Positions 38,518 to 47,559 of a stretch of DNA of 64,000 bases are shown here, piece by piece. The DNA comes from an uncultured Candidatus Entotheonella sp. Its GTDB lineage: Bacteria > Tectomicrobia > Entotheonellia > Entotheonellales > Entotheonellaceae. The notes beneath the pieces are model-generated. The model did no database searches. It had not been told where the DNA came from and saw only the letters and a list, made by a program, of their open reading frames with translations. The stretch is from NCBI GenBank assembly GCA_965217185.1, contig OZ244252.1, positions 448,001 to 512,000 of the forward strand, in the 5' to 3' direction. The first letter of the stretch is position 1. The number at the start of each line of letters is the position of its first letter. The position numbers were made by a program, and so were the translations under genes.

Positions 38518-40728
38518 TCACGGTGTGCTCTCGTCGGCGAAAGTCTCAGCATCGAGAATTTCGGAGAGTTGATTCAGCTTCTGCGGGTTGATGCCGGGAA
38601 CGAGGCCACTGGCATTCGGAACGACTCGGAATTTAGGCGCCTCGGCCCGAGTAACCTGCACCAACGTGTCATGCCAATCGCCGCCGCCGCCGAGGTCGCT
38701 GAGGCCGTCGGCGGTAAGGGTATTGGCGAGGGCGCCGGAAGGGGCGTGGGCCGTCCACCAGCCGAAGGGGACGGCGACGACGCCGGGACGCACGCGGTCG
38801 GCGACGCGGGCATGGAGGTGGATGGCGCCGCGGTCGTTGAAGACGCGAACAGGGTCGCCGTCGGCGATGCCTCGGGACTCGGCGTCGGCGGGGTGGATGT
38901 CGAGCCTGGGTTCGGGTTCGGCGCGCAAGTGGCGGGGCAGGTTGGCGTAGCTTGAATTGAGGAAGTGCAGGGGCGTCTTGGGTGTCATCAGCAGCAGCGG
39001 AAAGCGGGCGGCCAGTACAGGGTCCCCGGCGGGGCTTTCGTTGGCGGGCTCGAACGTCGGTAGGGGATCCAACCCCAGAGCTTGCAGGTGCTCGGCGTAG
39101 AACTCGCACTTGCCGGAGGGCGTGGGGAAGCCACCGTCGGCAAACGGCCGCCAGTCGTCGGGCAGGTTGAGCGGCGCCCAGCCGTGTTCCCACAGGCGCT
39201 CGAAGGTGACGCCGTCCAGGTAGGGATGGTCGCTGTCCAGGGCGGTGCGGACGAGGCTTTCGTCGGATTCGTACAAGTCCGGCTCTTGGAGGTCGAGGGC
39301 GGCGGCCAGACGGCGGAAGAATTCGGTGTTCGGCACTGCCTCGCCGAGCGGCGCAATGGCGGGGCGGTTCAGGGTGACGTAGGTGTGCCCCCACGACCAC
39401 AGCAGGTCGAGGTGCTCGACTTGCGTGGTGGCCGGAAAGACGTAATCGGCGTAGCACGCGGTGTCGGTCAGGAACTGCTCGTGGACGACTGTGAACAGGT
39501 CCTCTCGGGCCAGGCCGGCGCGCACCCGGTTCAGATTGGGCGCAATGACCGCCGGGTTGCTGTTGTAGACGATGAGGGCGTGAATGGGCGGTGCCATCGC
39601 TTCGCTGGTAAGCGCCTCGCCCAATTGCACCATGTTGACGGAGCGGATGCTGCGGTCTTCAAGCTCGCGCTTTTCGGCGCCGGCGACGTTTAGCGCTTGG
39701 TAGTGCGGCTTGGCGGTGAAATCGACAATGCCGCCGCCGCGATGCCGCCAGGCGCCGACCAGGGCCGGCAGGCAGGCGATGGTGCGAAAGGCCATGGCGC
39801 CGTGGGCGTGATGCTCCATGCCGACCAGCACCCGTATGGCGGACGGCTGGGTTTCGGCATACGCGCGTGCCAGCCGCACGACGTCGTCAGCCGGCAGGCC
39901 GGTGATGGCGGCGATGCGCTCCGGCGGGTAGTCATCGAGCCGCTCGCATAACCGGTCGAAACCCAGGGTATGCCGCGCAACGTAATCCTTGTCATGCAGG
40001 TCTTCGTTCACGATGACGTGCATCATGCCCAGGGCCAGGGCGGCGTCGGTGCCCGGCAGCGGGCGCAGGTGCCAATCGGCTTGCGCCGCGGTTCGCGTCC
40101 TGAGGGGATCGATCACCACCACGGTGGCGCCGGCGTCCCTGGCCTGGCGGATGAATGGCCACAAATGAAGATTGGTTACCACCGTGTTGGTGCCCCACAG
40201 GATGATGAAGCGGCTGTGCGCGATGTCCTCGGGCAGCATGCCGGTGGTGGCGCCGAGGGTGGCCACGATGCCGCGGCCGGCGGTGCTGGCGCAGATGTTG
40301 CGCTCCAGGCGAGTGGCGCCGAGGCGTGCGAAGAAGCGGCGGTCCAGTGAACTGGTCTGCACGATGCCCTGCGTGCCCATGTAGCTGTACGGCAGGACGG
40401 TAGTGGCGCCGTGCCGATCGATGAGGCGGTGCAGGTGCGCGGCAACGTCGGCGATGGCCTCGTCCCAGCCGACGCGCTCGAACTTGCCGTCTCCCTTGGC
40501 GCCGACGCGCCGCAGCGGGTGGAGAACGCGGTCCGGGCTGTACACACGGTCCAGGTAGTGATCGACCTTGGCGCACAGGACGCCGCGCGTGAAGGGCTGC
40601 AGCTTGTCGCCGACCAACTCGACGGCCGTGCCGTCTTCAACCTTGACCTGCCAGCTGCAGCGGTCGGGGCAGTCGTGCGGACAGGCGCCGGGTATCCAGG
40701 CTGGCACGGTATCTGAGAGGGTCGGCAT
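38518..40728 (-). CDS. Molybdopterin-dependent oxidoreductase (DMSO reductase family) with foreign C-terminal tail
   Basis: CPHDCPDRC...LCAK Fe-S motif, DRVLHPLRR, PGTDAALALG, LTDTACYADYVFPA, HPADAESRGI, VFNDRG. Confidence 0.92.
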   Translation of the reverse strand: MPTLSDTVPAWIPGACPHDCPDRCSWQVKVEDGTAVELVGDKLQPFTRGVLCAKVDHYLDRVYSPDRVLHPLRRVGAKGDGKFERVGWDEAIADVAAHLHRLIDRHGATTVLPYSYMGTQGIVQTSSLDRRFFARLGATRLERNICASTAGRGIVATLGATTGMLPEDIAHSRFIILWGTNTVVTNLHLWPFIRQARDAGATVVVIDPLRTRTAAQADWHLRPLPGTDAALALGMMHVIVNEDLHDKDYVARHTLGFDRLCERLDDYPPERIAAITGLPADDVVRLARAYAETQPSAIRVLVGMEHHAHGAMAFRTIACLPALVGAWRHRGGGIVDFTAKPHYQALNVAGAEKRELEDRSIRSVNMVQLGEALTSEAMAPPIHALIVYNSNPAVIAPNLNRVRAGLAREDLFTVVHEQFLTDTACYADYVFPATTQVEHLDLLWSWGHTYVTLNRPAIAPLGEAVPNTEFFRRLAAALDLQEPDLYESDESLVRTALDSDHPYLDGVTFERLWEHGWAPLNLPDDWRPFADGGFPTPSGKCEFYAEHLQALGLDPLPTFEPANESPAGDPVLAARFPLLLMTPKTPLHFLNSSYANLPRHLRAEPEPRLDIHPADAESRGIADGDPVRVFNDRGAIHLHARVADRVRPGVVAVPFGWWTAHAPSGALANTLTADGLSDLGGGGDWHDTLVQVTRAEAPKFRVVPNASGLVPGINPQKLNQLSEILDAETFADESTP

Positions 40729-40773
40729 GGACGTTTCTCCTTGGCGGCAAATTACTGAGGGAGTCGCGGAATC

Positions 40774-40803
40774 GTCGGATTACGCTTCGCTAATCCGACC
40801 TAC
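40774..40803 (-). repeat. GTAG-family REP element
   Basis: Minus strand GTAG-GTCGGATTA-GCGAAGCG-TAATCCGAC perfect 9-bp stem. Confidence 0.8.
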
Positions 40804-40896
40804 ATGAGGCGAGGCGGCGATTGACGCTGTAGGGCCTCGACCGTATCATGGCGGCTTCGCATTCACGTTCAAACCCATTGTAAGGAAGGGAGCCAC

Positions 40897-41184
40897 ATGG
40901 CGGCCTATGTTGTTGCGCAAGTCAAGATCACCGATCCCGACACCTTCGCCAAGTACAGCCAGCAGGTCCCGGCTGTGGTGGAACAGTTCGGCGGCAAATA
41001 TCTGGTACGGGGCGGCAAAATGGAAATCTTGGAGGGTGAGTGGGACGCCGGCCGGCTCGTCGTGCTGGAATTTCCGTCGATGGACCACGTGCACCGGTTC
41101 TACAATTCGCCCGAGTACGCGCCGCTTATCAAGCTCCGCCAGCAGTCCGCCGACACGATCATGAGCACCGTTGAAGGGGTGTAA
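40897..41184 (+). CDS. DUF1330 domain protein
   Basis: FGGKYLVRGG, EGEW, VVLEFPS, FYNSPEY. Confidence 0.92.
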   Translation: MAAYVVAQVKITDPDTFAKYSQQVPAVVEQFGGKYLVRGGKMEILEGEWDAGRLVVLEFPSMDHVHRFYNSPEYAPLIKLRQQSADTIMSTVEGV

Positions 41185-41224
41185 GCCCTTCGAATCTCCT
41201 GCCGCCACTCCCGCTCCGCTATGA

Positions 41225-41273
41225 CGCCCCCGCCTGAAGTGGCCCGTCGGATCGGGCCGTTCAAATGGGGGCG
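41225..41273. terminator. GC-rich hairpin between convergent genes
   Basis: cgccccc...ggcccg-tcggat-cgggcc...gggggcg. Confidence 0.45.
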
Positions 41274-41281
41274 ACACTTCC

Positions 41282-42034
41282 TTATGACAGCCGTGCCAGG
41301 GACTCCTGCACGGTTGGCCGCTGCCCCGCCTCGACATCCGTTCTGCGGCGTTCGTGAAACACCGTGAGGATTGTGTTGGCGTTCGCCAGAATGCCGATCT
41401 CCTTGCAGTAGGCGTCCAGCTTGTCCGCCGGCAACGCCCACAGGGCCACGTCGTCGGACATGGCATCCAGGTAGGCGCGGGCGCCGCAGCAGCCCAGGCT
41501 CATTGCCGCCCGCCCCTGATTGATCACCTGCGGCACCACGGCGCACGCCGGGCGGCCCATGGCGGCCGGCACGCCCTCGTCAACCCTCGCCACTGCCTCG
41601 CTGAGGATCAACCCCTGCTGCGCGTGCGCGAACAGCAGCACGACTTCCGCCGCCAGCGGGAAGTCCGCCAGCGGCCCGTAGACCGCATGCTGCGCCTCAC
41701 GCTGTAGAACCGGTATCGCCGCCACCTCCTCGGCGCGTACGTAATCCAGCCCGCTCATGGCTTGTAATGCCTCCTGCAACTCGCCGGCCTGTGTCGCCGG
41801 CGCCGGCGATAGGTGATGCGTATGGATGCCGATCGAGCACAGGGCATGATCCGCCGCCGAGGTCGCAAAGGTGCGCGTCGCCGCCTCCTGCCAAAAGCTG
41901 CACCCCGCCGGCACCGTGCCGTCAAAGGCCGCAACGCCCGCGGGCGGGGCGTCGCTGAACGCCACGGCGATGGGTGGCAGGGATAGTTTCAGCGAAGTTG
42001 ACAACTGGTTGGCAAGCTCCGAGTAAGTATTCAA
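41282..42034 (-). CDS. DUF169 family protein
   Basis: PPIAVAF, GCSFW, CSIG, YGPL, GRPACA, SLGCCGAR; TTG start after AGGAGAAGGA. Confidence 0.8.
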   Translation of the reverse strand: MNTYSELANQLSTSLKLSLPPIAVAFSDAPPAGVAAFDGTVPAGCSFWQEAATRTFATSAADHALCSIGIHTHHLSPAPATQAGELQEALQAMSGLDYVRAEEVAAIPVLQREAQHAVYGPLADFPLAAEVVLLFAHAQQGLILSEAVARVDEGVPAAMGRPACAVVPQVINQGRAAMSLGCCGARAYLDAMSDDVALWALPADKLDAYCKEIGILANANTILTVFHERRRTDVEAGQRPTVQESLARLS

Positions 42035-42266
42035 TAGTCCTTCTCCTTTTGTTCGTACAGGATAGCCGCTATGCTTCAGCCGCCTCCGGCGTGGGGTTGC
42101 AAGCTTCTTGAGGGATGCTTTCTCATGGGCCGGCACGAAAGAGAGAGCAACTCAGTGAAAGAAGTACACCCGATCTGCCGGGTATGCGTCAATGGTAAAA
42201 GTCACAGTTGTTTGGTCCTCAGAATCACCAAGGCTGAGAGGAAACGATAGGGAAGGGAGGAGGAAG

Positions 42267-43283
42267 ATGGAACAGGCAGCGTACTCAGTAGGCGACAAAA
42301 CGGTCGATGGGTTCCAGGTTTACGTTTTGCAAGAAGGTCAGAAGGCCGTCGCTGAAATAGCGCCTGGGCTCGGAAATAACTGCTACGCCTTCCGGGTGGC
42401 GGACACGGGGTCTGGCACTGAAGGAGGTAACTGGCTGAACCTGATCGACGCGCCCCCCAATCTCGCCACGTTGCAGGAGCATCCCGACATTTACGGTATT
42501 CCGATTCTGTTCCCCTTCCCGAACCGCATCCGAGGCGGCGCGTGGCACTTTGAAGGCAGAACCTACCAGTTTGACAAGCCGCCCGAATCCCCAACCTCGA
42601 TCCATGGTCTGTTGCTGAACCGGCCCTACCAAGTGGAAAGCCACGCCGCTGATGCGAACGGCGCGACGCTGGTGTGCACCCTCGATTCGCGCGATTTCTC
42701 GGATATCGGACGCCAATACCCGTTCCCGTTCAAAATCGGGATTACGTACACGCTCAAAGACGCTGCGTTGTCGATGGGTGTTTCGGTTCAAAATACCGGC
42801 AACCGGAACATGCCGATGGGACTCGGCATCCATCCCTATTTCCGCGTCGGCTTGTCATCCGCCGCGGCGCTGATCAAAGTTCCTGCCGCAACGTATTGGG
42901 AACTGGACGCAGATTCGGTGCCGACCGGCAAACGACTCGCGGCCGCCGGTGCCTTGGACCTGCGAGACGGCAAGCCGTTTTCTGGCTTGAGCCTCGACCA
43001 TGTGTATACGGACGTTCAGATGGAAGTGGATGGCGTCAGCCGGTGTGTCATCGAGAACCGGGATACCGGGCACGGCATGGTGATGGAATCGGATGCCCAA
43101 TACCGCGAACTGGTCGTCTATACGCCGCCGGGCAGGGATGTGATCTGTTTCGAGCCTTACACCTGCCCAACGGACGCCATCAATTTGGAGGCGAAAGGCA
43201 TCCCCGCAGGCGTGATCGTCTTGGCACCGGGTGAAACGTTTTCAGCAGCCGTTCGCATCGTGCCTATTCTTCCGAAGCCTTGA
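42267..43283 (+). CDS. Aldose 1-epimerase family protein
   Basis: GIPILFPFPNRI, IHGL, YPFPF, GIHPYF, ICFEPYT. Confidence 0.9.
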   Translation: MEQAAYSVGDKTVDGFQVYVLQEGQKAVAEIAPGLGNNCYAFRVADTGSGTEGGNWLNLIDAPPNLATLQEHPDIYGIPILFPFPNRIRGGAWHFEGRTYQFDKPPESPTSIHGLLLNRPYQVESHAADANGATLVCTLDSRDFSDIGRQYPFPFKIGITYTLKDAALSMGVSVQNTGNRNMPMGLGIHPYFRVGLSSAAALIKVPAATYWELDADSVPTGKRLAAAGALDLRDGKPFSGLSLDHVYTDVQMEVDGVSRCVIENRDTGHGMVMESDAQYRELVVYTPPGRDVICFEPYTCPTDAINLEAKGIPAGVIVLAPGETFSAAVRIVPILPKP

Positions 43284-43319
43284 TCCACCATTTTGGAAGG
43301 TCTTTCGGGGTCAAGGTCG

Positions 43320-43346
43320 CTGGATTCCGGCGTGCGCCGGAATGAC
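43320..43346. repeat. REP-like palindrome
   Basis: ctggattccggcg-tg-cgccggaatgac. Confidence 0.7.
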
Positions 43347-43395
43347 CAACACAGTGATCGACTATTCATAGTGCAGCAGTTTGTTCAAACTTTCC

Positions 43396-43650
43396 TTAAC
43401 CCGCTCGGACCACTGCTTCGGCTTCCATCTCAACACGCACGACTGTATGGCCGGCCCTCCTGACATCCTCAATGGCCGAACGGATAGCGTCTTCGAGCGT
43501 GCCTGCTTCGCGATGGAAATCAACGAAAAATACTCCGTTGGAAGTCCCTGGTGTGCCATCATCGCAACCAGCCGCAAACAGCGCGTCGACGAGGTCAGAG
43601 GTCAATTCGAGAGTCTCGGAAAAAATCAGCGTGAAATCGTACTGTTGCAT
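43396..43650 (-). CDS. Small acidic protein, probable antitoxin partner of the upstream HicA-like gene
   Basis: YDFTL...DALFAAGCDDGT...DFHREA..LEDAIRSAIEDV; paired with 43686-43916. Confidence 0.65.
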   Translation of the reverse strand: MQQYDFTLIFSETLELTSDLVDALFAAGCDDGTPGTSNGVFFVDFHREAGTLEDAIRSAIEDVRRAGHTVVRVEMEAEAVVRAG

Positions 43651-43685
43651 GGCTTCAGACCTCAAATTGCTGCGATCCAAGGGGC

Positions 43686-43916
43686 TTAATGCGTACAGCG
43701 ATCAACCGCACGTCGAATGTCCTTGGCATGATTCTCTGGGTTCCTCGGAGTTGAATAGGCTGCCCTGGTGCAACCCGTGCGGTCGGCTTGAGGGCAATAC
43801 AATAGCCCCCATGTGTGCGCATGTGGACCAGATTTCCTCAGTGTCCAGCCGTTATCCAACGCGTATGTAATCGCTTCACGAAGGTATCTGTTCGGGTGAT
43901 TGACCGCATCGGTCAC
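43686..43916 (-). CDS. HicA-like small basic protein (putative toxin)
   Basis: HPN...AITYALDNGW...HAHTWGLLYCP...STPRNPENHA. Confidence 0.65.
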   Translation of the reverse strand: MTDAVNHPNRYLREAITYALDNGWTLRKSGPHAHTWGLLYCPQADRTGCTRAAYSTPRNPENHAKDIRRAVDRCTH

Positions 43917-43917
43917 C

Positions 43918-45249
43918 CTACTGCCCGAACATGGCTGTGGGCAGGAAGGTGCTGATTGGCGGGAACAGAATCAGAATGACCAGCGCTATCAAGGCTAGGA
44001 AGAAAAAGGGCAGGATGCCCCGGAAGATATCGTCCAGGGAGACGTCCTTGCCCTCCGGGATTTGGGTCGCCACGGAGCGCACGGTGTACACGTTCAGCCC
44101 CACGGGCGGCGTCAGCAGGCCGATTTCGATGGCCATGATGACCAGCATGGCGAAGTATATGGGGTCGATGCCCAACTGCACGATGATCGGATGCACGATC
44201 GGCAGGGTGATGGACATCATCGAGATGGAGTCCTGGAACATGCCGAGGAAGAAGTACATGGCGAGGAAGAGCAAGACGACCGCCATCGGCGGGATGCCGG
44301 CGTTGGTGACCCAGGAGACAAAGGCGTTCGGCAGCCCGGTGAACACCAGGAAGCGGGCGAAAATCATGGCGCCGATGAGGATGAAGAACACCAGCGCGGT
44401 GGTCTGCGCCGCCTCGTTCAGCGCCGCCGCGAAGTTGCGCCACGTCAGGCCGCCCGACAGCAGCGCCAGAATCAGCGCGCCCAGGGCCCCGGCAGCGCCG
44501 GCCTCGGTGGGGGTGAAGACGCCGGTGTACATGCCGGCGATGATCCCTGCTACCAGGACGATGATGCCCCACACGCTGCTGAGCGATTTCAGCCGTTCGG
44601 CCCACGACACCACTTCCTCGGAGCGCGGCGCCAACTGGGGCCGCATCAGCGCCGATACGACGATTCCCAAGGTGAAAATCACCGTCAGCACGGCGCCAGG
44701 GCCGACCCCGGCGATGAGCAGAATGCCGATCGATTGCTCCGTCAGGATGCCGTAGATCACCATCAGCGCGCTGGGTGGAATGAGCATGCCCAGCATGCCC
44801 GCTGCCGCGATTGTGCCGCAGGCGAAACGTTTGTCGTACGCCCGCTTGCGCATCTCCGGCAGACTGATGCGGGTGAACACCGCGCAGGCCACCACGCTGG
44901 AGCCGGTGCAGGCGCCGAACAAAGCGTTGGCCCACGTCGTGGCGATGGCCAGGCCGCCCGGCAGCCGGCCGACCCATTTGTAAGCCGTGTCGAAGGCCCG
45001 GCTGCTCATCCCGGCGTGGGTGGCGAACAGCCCCATGATGATGAACAGGGGCAGAACGGTGAAAGCGAACGAGGCAGTGGTGGCATACGGCGTCGTGGTC
45101 AGCAGCGCCAGGCCGAACTTGATGCTGCCGGTCATGCAGATGATGCCCAAGAAACCCACCACGGCGAGCGACAACCCGACGTGAATCCCCAGCGCCAGCA
45201 GCACCAGCACCACGACGAAGCCGACGATTCCCCATACCATTGGATCCAC
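43918..45249 (-). CDS. dctM: TRAP transporter large permease
   Basis: LPLFIIMG, TGSSV, LIPPS, FTPTEAG, LTPPVGLN. Confidence 0.93.
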   Translation of the reverse strand: MDPMVWGIVGFVVVLVLLALGIHVGLSLAVVGFLGIICMTGSIKFGLALLTTTPYATTASFAFTVLPLFIIMGLFATHAGMSSRAFDTAYKWVGRLPGGLAIATTWANALFGACTGSSVVACAVFTRISLPEMRKRAYDKRFACGTIAAAGMLGMLIPPSALMVIYGILTEQSIGILLIAGVGPGAVLTVIFTLGIVVSALMRPQLAPRSEEVVSWAERLKSLSSVWGIIVLVAGIIAGMYTGVFTPTEAGAAGALGALILALLSGGLTWRNFAAALNEAAQTTALVFFILIGAMIFARFLVFTGLPNAFVSWVTNAGIPPMAVVLLFLAMYFFLGMFQDSISMMSITLPIVHPIIVQLGIDPIYFAMLVIMAIEIGLLTPPVGLNVYTVRSVATQIPEGKDVSLDDIFRGILPFFFLALIALVILILFPPISTFLPTAMFGQ

Positions 45250-45259
45250 GCCGTGCTCC

Positions 45260-45763
45260 CTATGGTTGCTTTTTGAGGTCTTGGAGCCGCCGCGCTACGT
45301 CGGCGGCAAATTGCAGGCACAGAATAGCCGCGCCGAGGGGCACGACGAACTGCGACGGATAGCGGGGGATGTTGATCAGTCCGGCAACGTAATCGCCGAC
45401 CAGCCACGAGGTCCAGGCCCACCCGAAGCCGCGCCACAGGATGGTGGCGTACACCATGATGCCGAGGCAGTAAGCCAGGATATCCAGACAGATGCGGGCG
45501 CGCGGCGGCAGGCGCAGGGTGAGGAACTCGACGCGGATGTGGGCGCCCGTTCGCTGCGTCGAGGCGAGGGCGAGGAAGACGATGAACACCAGCATGAAGG
45601 AACCGACTTCGTAGGCCATGGGTACCGGGCTGTTGAACACGTAGCGCCCGGTGATGTCGGCCACCACCAGTATCATCAGCAGGAGCACGAAGGCCGCCGA
45701 CACCGCATTGGCAGCGGCAACCAGCCATCCCAGCGCCCGGTCGAGCCGCGATACGTCCTGCAT
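45260..45763 (-). CDS. dctQ: TRAP transporter small permease
   Basis: Four TM segments, GRYVFNSP, HIRVEF. Confidence 0.9.
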   Translation of the reverse strand: MQDVSRLDRALGWLVAAANAVSAAFVLLLMILVVADITGRYVFNSPVPMAYEVGSFMLVFIVFLALASTQRTGAHIRVEFLTLRLPPRARICLDILAYCLGIMVYATILWRGFGWAWTSWLVGDYVAGLINIPRYPSQFVVPLGAAILCLQFAADVARRLQDLKKQP

Positions 45764-45782
45764 GGCAGCCTCCTTCGTGGCG

Positions 45783-46853
45783 TCAGCGAAAATCCGCCGC
45801 CCACTTGCGGGGAAACTGGTGTCCCATGGACTCCAGCAACTCCAGGTAGCGCACCATCACCGCCCTGCCTGCTGCCCGACCCTTGCCCTCCATTTCCTCA
45901 ATCCAGGTGCCAGGAATGTCGGCCAGGGCGTTGGACCATTTCACTTTCTCGTCGAACGGCATCTCGTGGAAGGACATGCCGGCCGCCTCGAAGCCGGCCT
46001 TGGCTTCCTCGCGGCGAGTGCGGATCAGGTCGGCGTTGCGCGCCACCGCTTCCTTGCCCACCTCCATCATCAACGTCTGCAAGTCTTCCGGCAGGCTGTT
46101 CCAGAACGTCGTGTTGATGGTGATCAGGATGGGCATGGCGGCGCCCATGTCGATCCACGTGGCGTGCTTGTTGAAGTCCTGGTACTTGTAGGCGAAGGAG
46201 ATGTCCCAGGGCAGGAACTCGGCCTCGATGACACCCGTTTGCAGGGCCATGTAGCGCTCGGCAACCGGCATGTGAATGGGCAGGGCGCCGGCGCCGCTGA
46301 GGATTTTCGGGTGGTAGGCGCCGATGGAGGCGATCTTGACGCCGTCAAGGTCGTCGAAGGTGACCAGAGGCCGCTTGGAGGTGAGGTTATAGGTGTCGAT
46401 GACCAGCGGGAAGAGAAGTTTCTGATTGTACCGCTCGATCTCGGCCTTGAGTTCCGGCACTTCCTCGAACATGCGCTGGCAGGCGTCGAGGATCATCTTG
46501 GGATCACCAGGGCCGAAGGGCACCGCGTAGGTCCAATTGACGAGCGGCAGCTTGCCGGCGTAGTAGGGCGCGGCGATGCTGCCGACCTCCACCAGCCCGA
46601 ACTCGACGGCTTCCAACTCCTCGCCGGCCTTGGTGAGGGCACCCATCCAGAAGAACTCCCAACTGATGCGGCCGTCGCTGCGCCGGGCGACCTCGTCGGC
46701 CCACCACTTGGCCGTTTCGCTCACCAGAAACGGCGGCGGCGCGATCGGCGACGTGAACTTCAGCCGAAACGTCTGCGAGACAACAGGGGCGGCGTACAAC
46801 AGGGACAGGGTTACAAGGATGCCGATAGTCTTCATCAAACGGTTCATGCCCAT
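45783..46853 (-). CDS. dctP: TRAP transporter substrate-binding protein
   Basis: Signal peptide, DLDGVKI, ERYMALQTGVI, WNSLPEDLQ; upstream of dctQM. Confidence 0.88.
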   Translation of the reverse strand: MGMNRLMKTIGILVTLSLLYAAPVVSQTFRLKFTSPIAPPPFLVSETAKWWADEVARRSDGRISWEFFWMGALTKAGEELEAVEFGLVEVGSIAAPYYAGKLPLVNWTYAVPFGPGDPKMILDACQRMFEEVPELKAEIERYNQKLLFPLVIDTYNLTSKRPLVTFDDLDGVKIASIGAYHPKILSGAGALPIHMPVAERYMALQTGVIEAEFLPWDISFAYKYQDFNKHATWIDMGAAMPILITINTTFWNSLPEDLQTLMMEVGKEAVARNADLIRTRREEAKAGFEAAGMSFHEMPFDEKVKWSNALADIPGTWIEEMEGKGRAAGRAVMVRYLELLESMGHQFPRKWAADFR

Positions 46854-47099
46854 CTCGTATGATCTCCTTAACCCGGCCAAGCCGACGGGGACGTCCAAGG
46901 GTGATAAACGCCGCGCATCATAGCACAGGCCGCCGCGTCGGCCATAACAGGCCGAAATTGTTCTGAGCACCGCTGGAAACCGGGCTTGACAGCGGGTTGC
47001 CGGGGTCCTGAGAATGGGCCATATGGCAAGCCGATACGAAACGTGCTCGATTAACTCTGCCGGGACAAGATACGACAACAGCCATGAGGGTTGGAGAAG

Positions 47100-47558
47100 A
47101 TGGCATTAACAACGAAAGCCTTCGGAGCAACCGGCCTCGTGGTGGCCATTCTGTTCATCGCGATAGCGGCAATGGCAGCCGACCTCGAGGTATCCGTTGA
47201 AGGTCTGCGCTCCGCCGAAGGCAACGTGCGTGTTGCACTTCATCGACGCGCCGACGATGCCGAGTTTCCCGATGGCGACGGCGTTGCCGGAATGTTCCGC
47301 CCGGCTGAACCCGATGTGGTTCGCATCGTTTTTGTCGACTTGCCTCCCGGCGACTATGCGGTGGCGGTGTTCCATGACGCCGATGGCGACGAGGAGCTGG
47401 GCACGAACATTCTGGGAATTCCCATCGAGGGCTACGGCTTCTCCAATGACGCGCGCGGCTTCATGGGGCCGCCGAGCTTCGACGCCGCTGCCGTAACGGT
47501 AGGCGCGGACGATGACGTGCTCTCCATCGGCGTAACGATAGGCTATCCTGGGCCGTGA
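47100..47558 (+). CDS. DUF2141 domain exported protein
   Basis: Signal peptide, LPPGDYAVAVFHD, GIPIEGYGFSN, GPPSF. Confidence 0.9.
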   Translation: MALTTKAFGATGLVVAILFIAIAAMAADLEVSVEGLRSAEGNVRVALHRRADDAEFPDGDGVAGMFRPAEPDVVRIVFVDLPPGDYAVAVFHDADGDEELGTNILGIPIEGYGFSNDARGFMGPPSFDAAAVTVGADDDVLSIGVTIGYPGP

Positions 47559-47559
47559 T

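Noticed and set aside
43913..45276. Long alternative-frame and antisense ORFs over dctM (and similar ones over korB, the SBP genes, carotenoid oxygenase and formamidase)
   Set aside because: Typical high-GC shadow ORFs with no recognisable motifs, overlapping well-supported genes.
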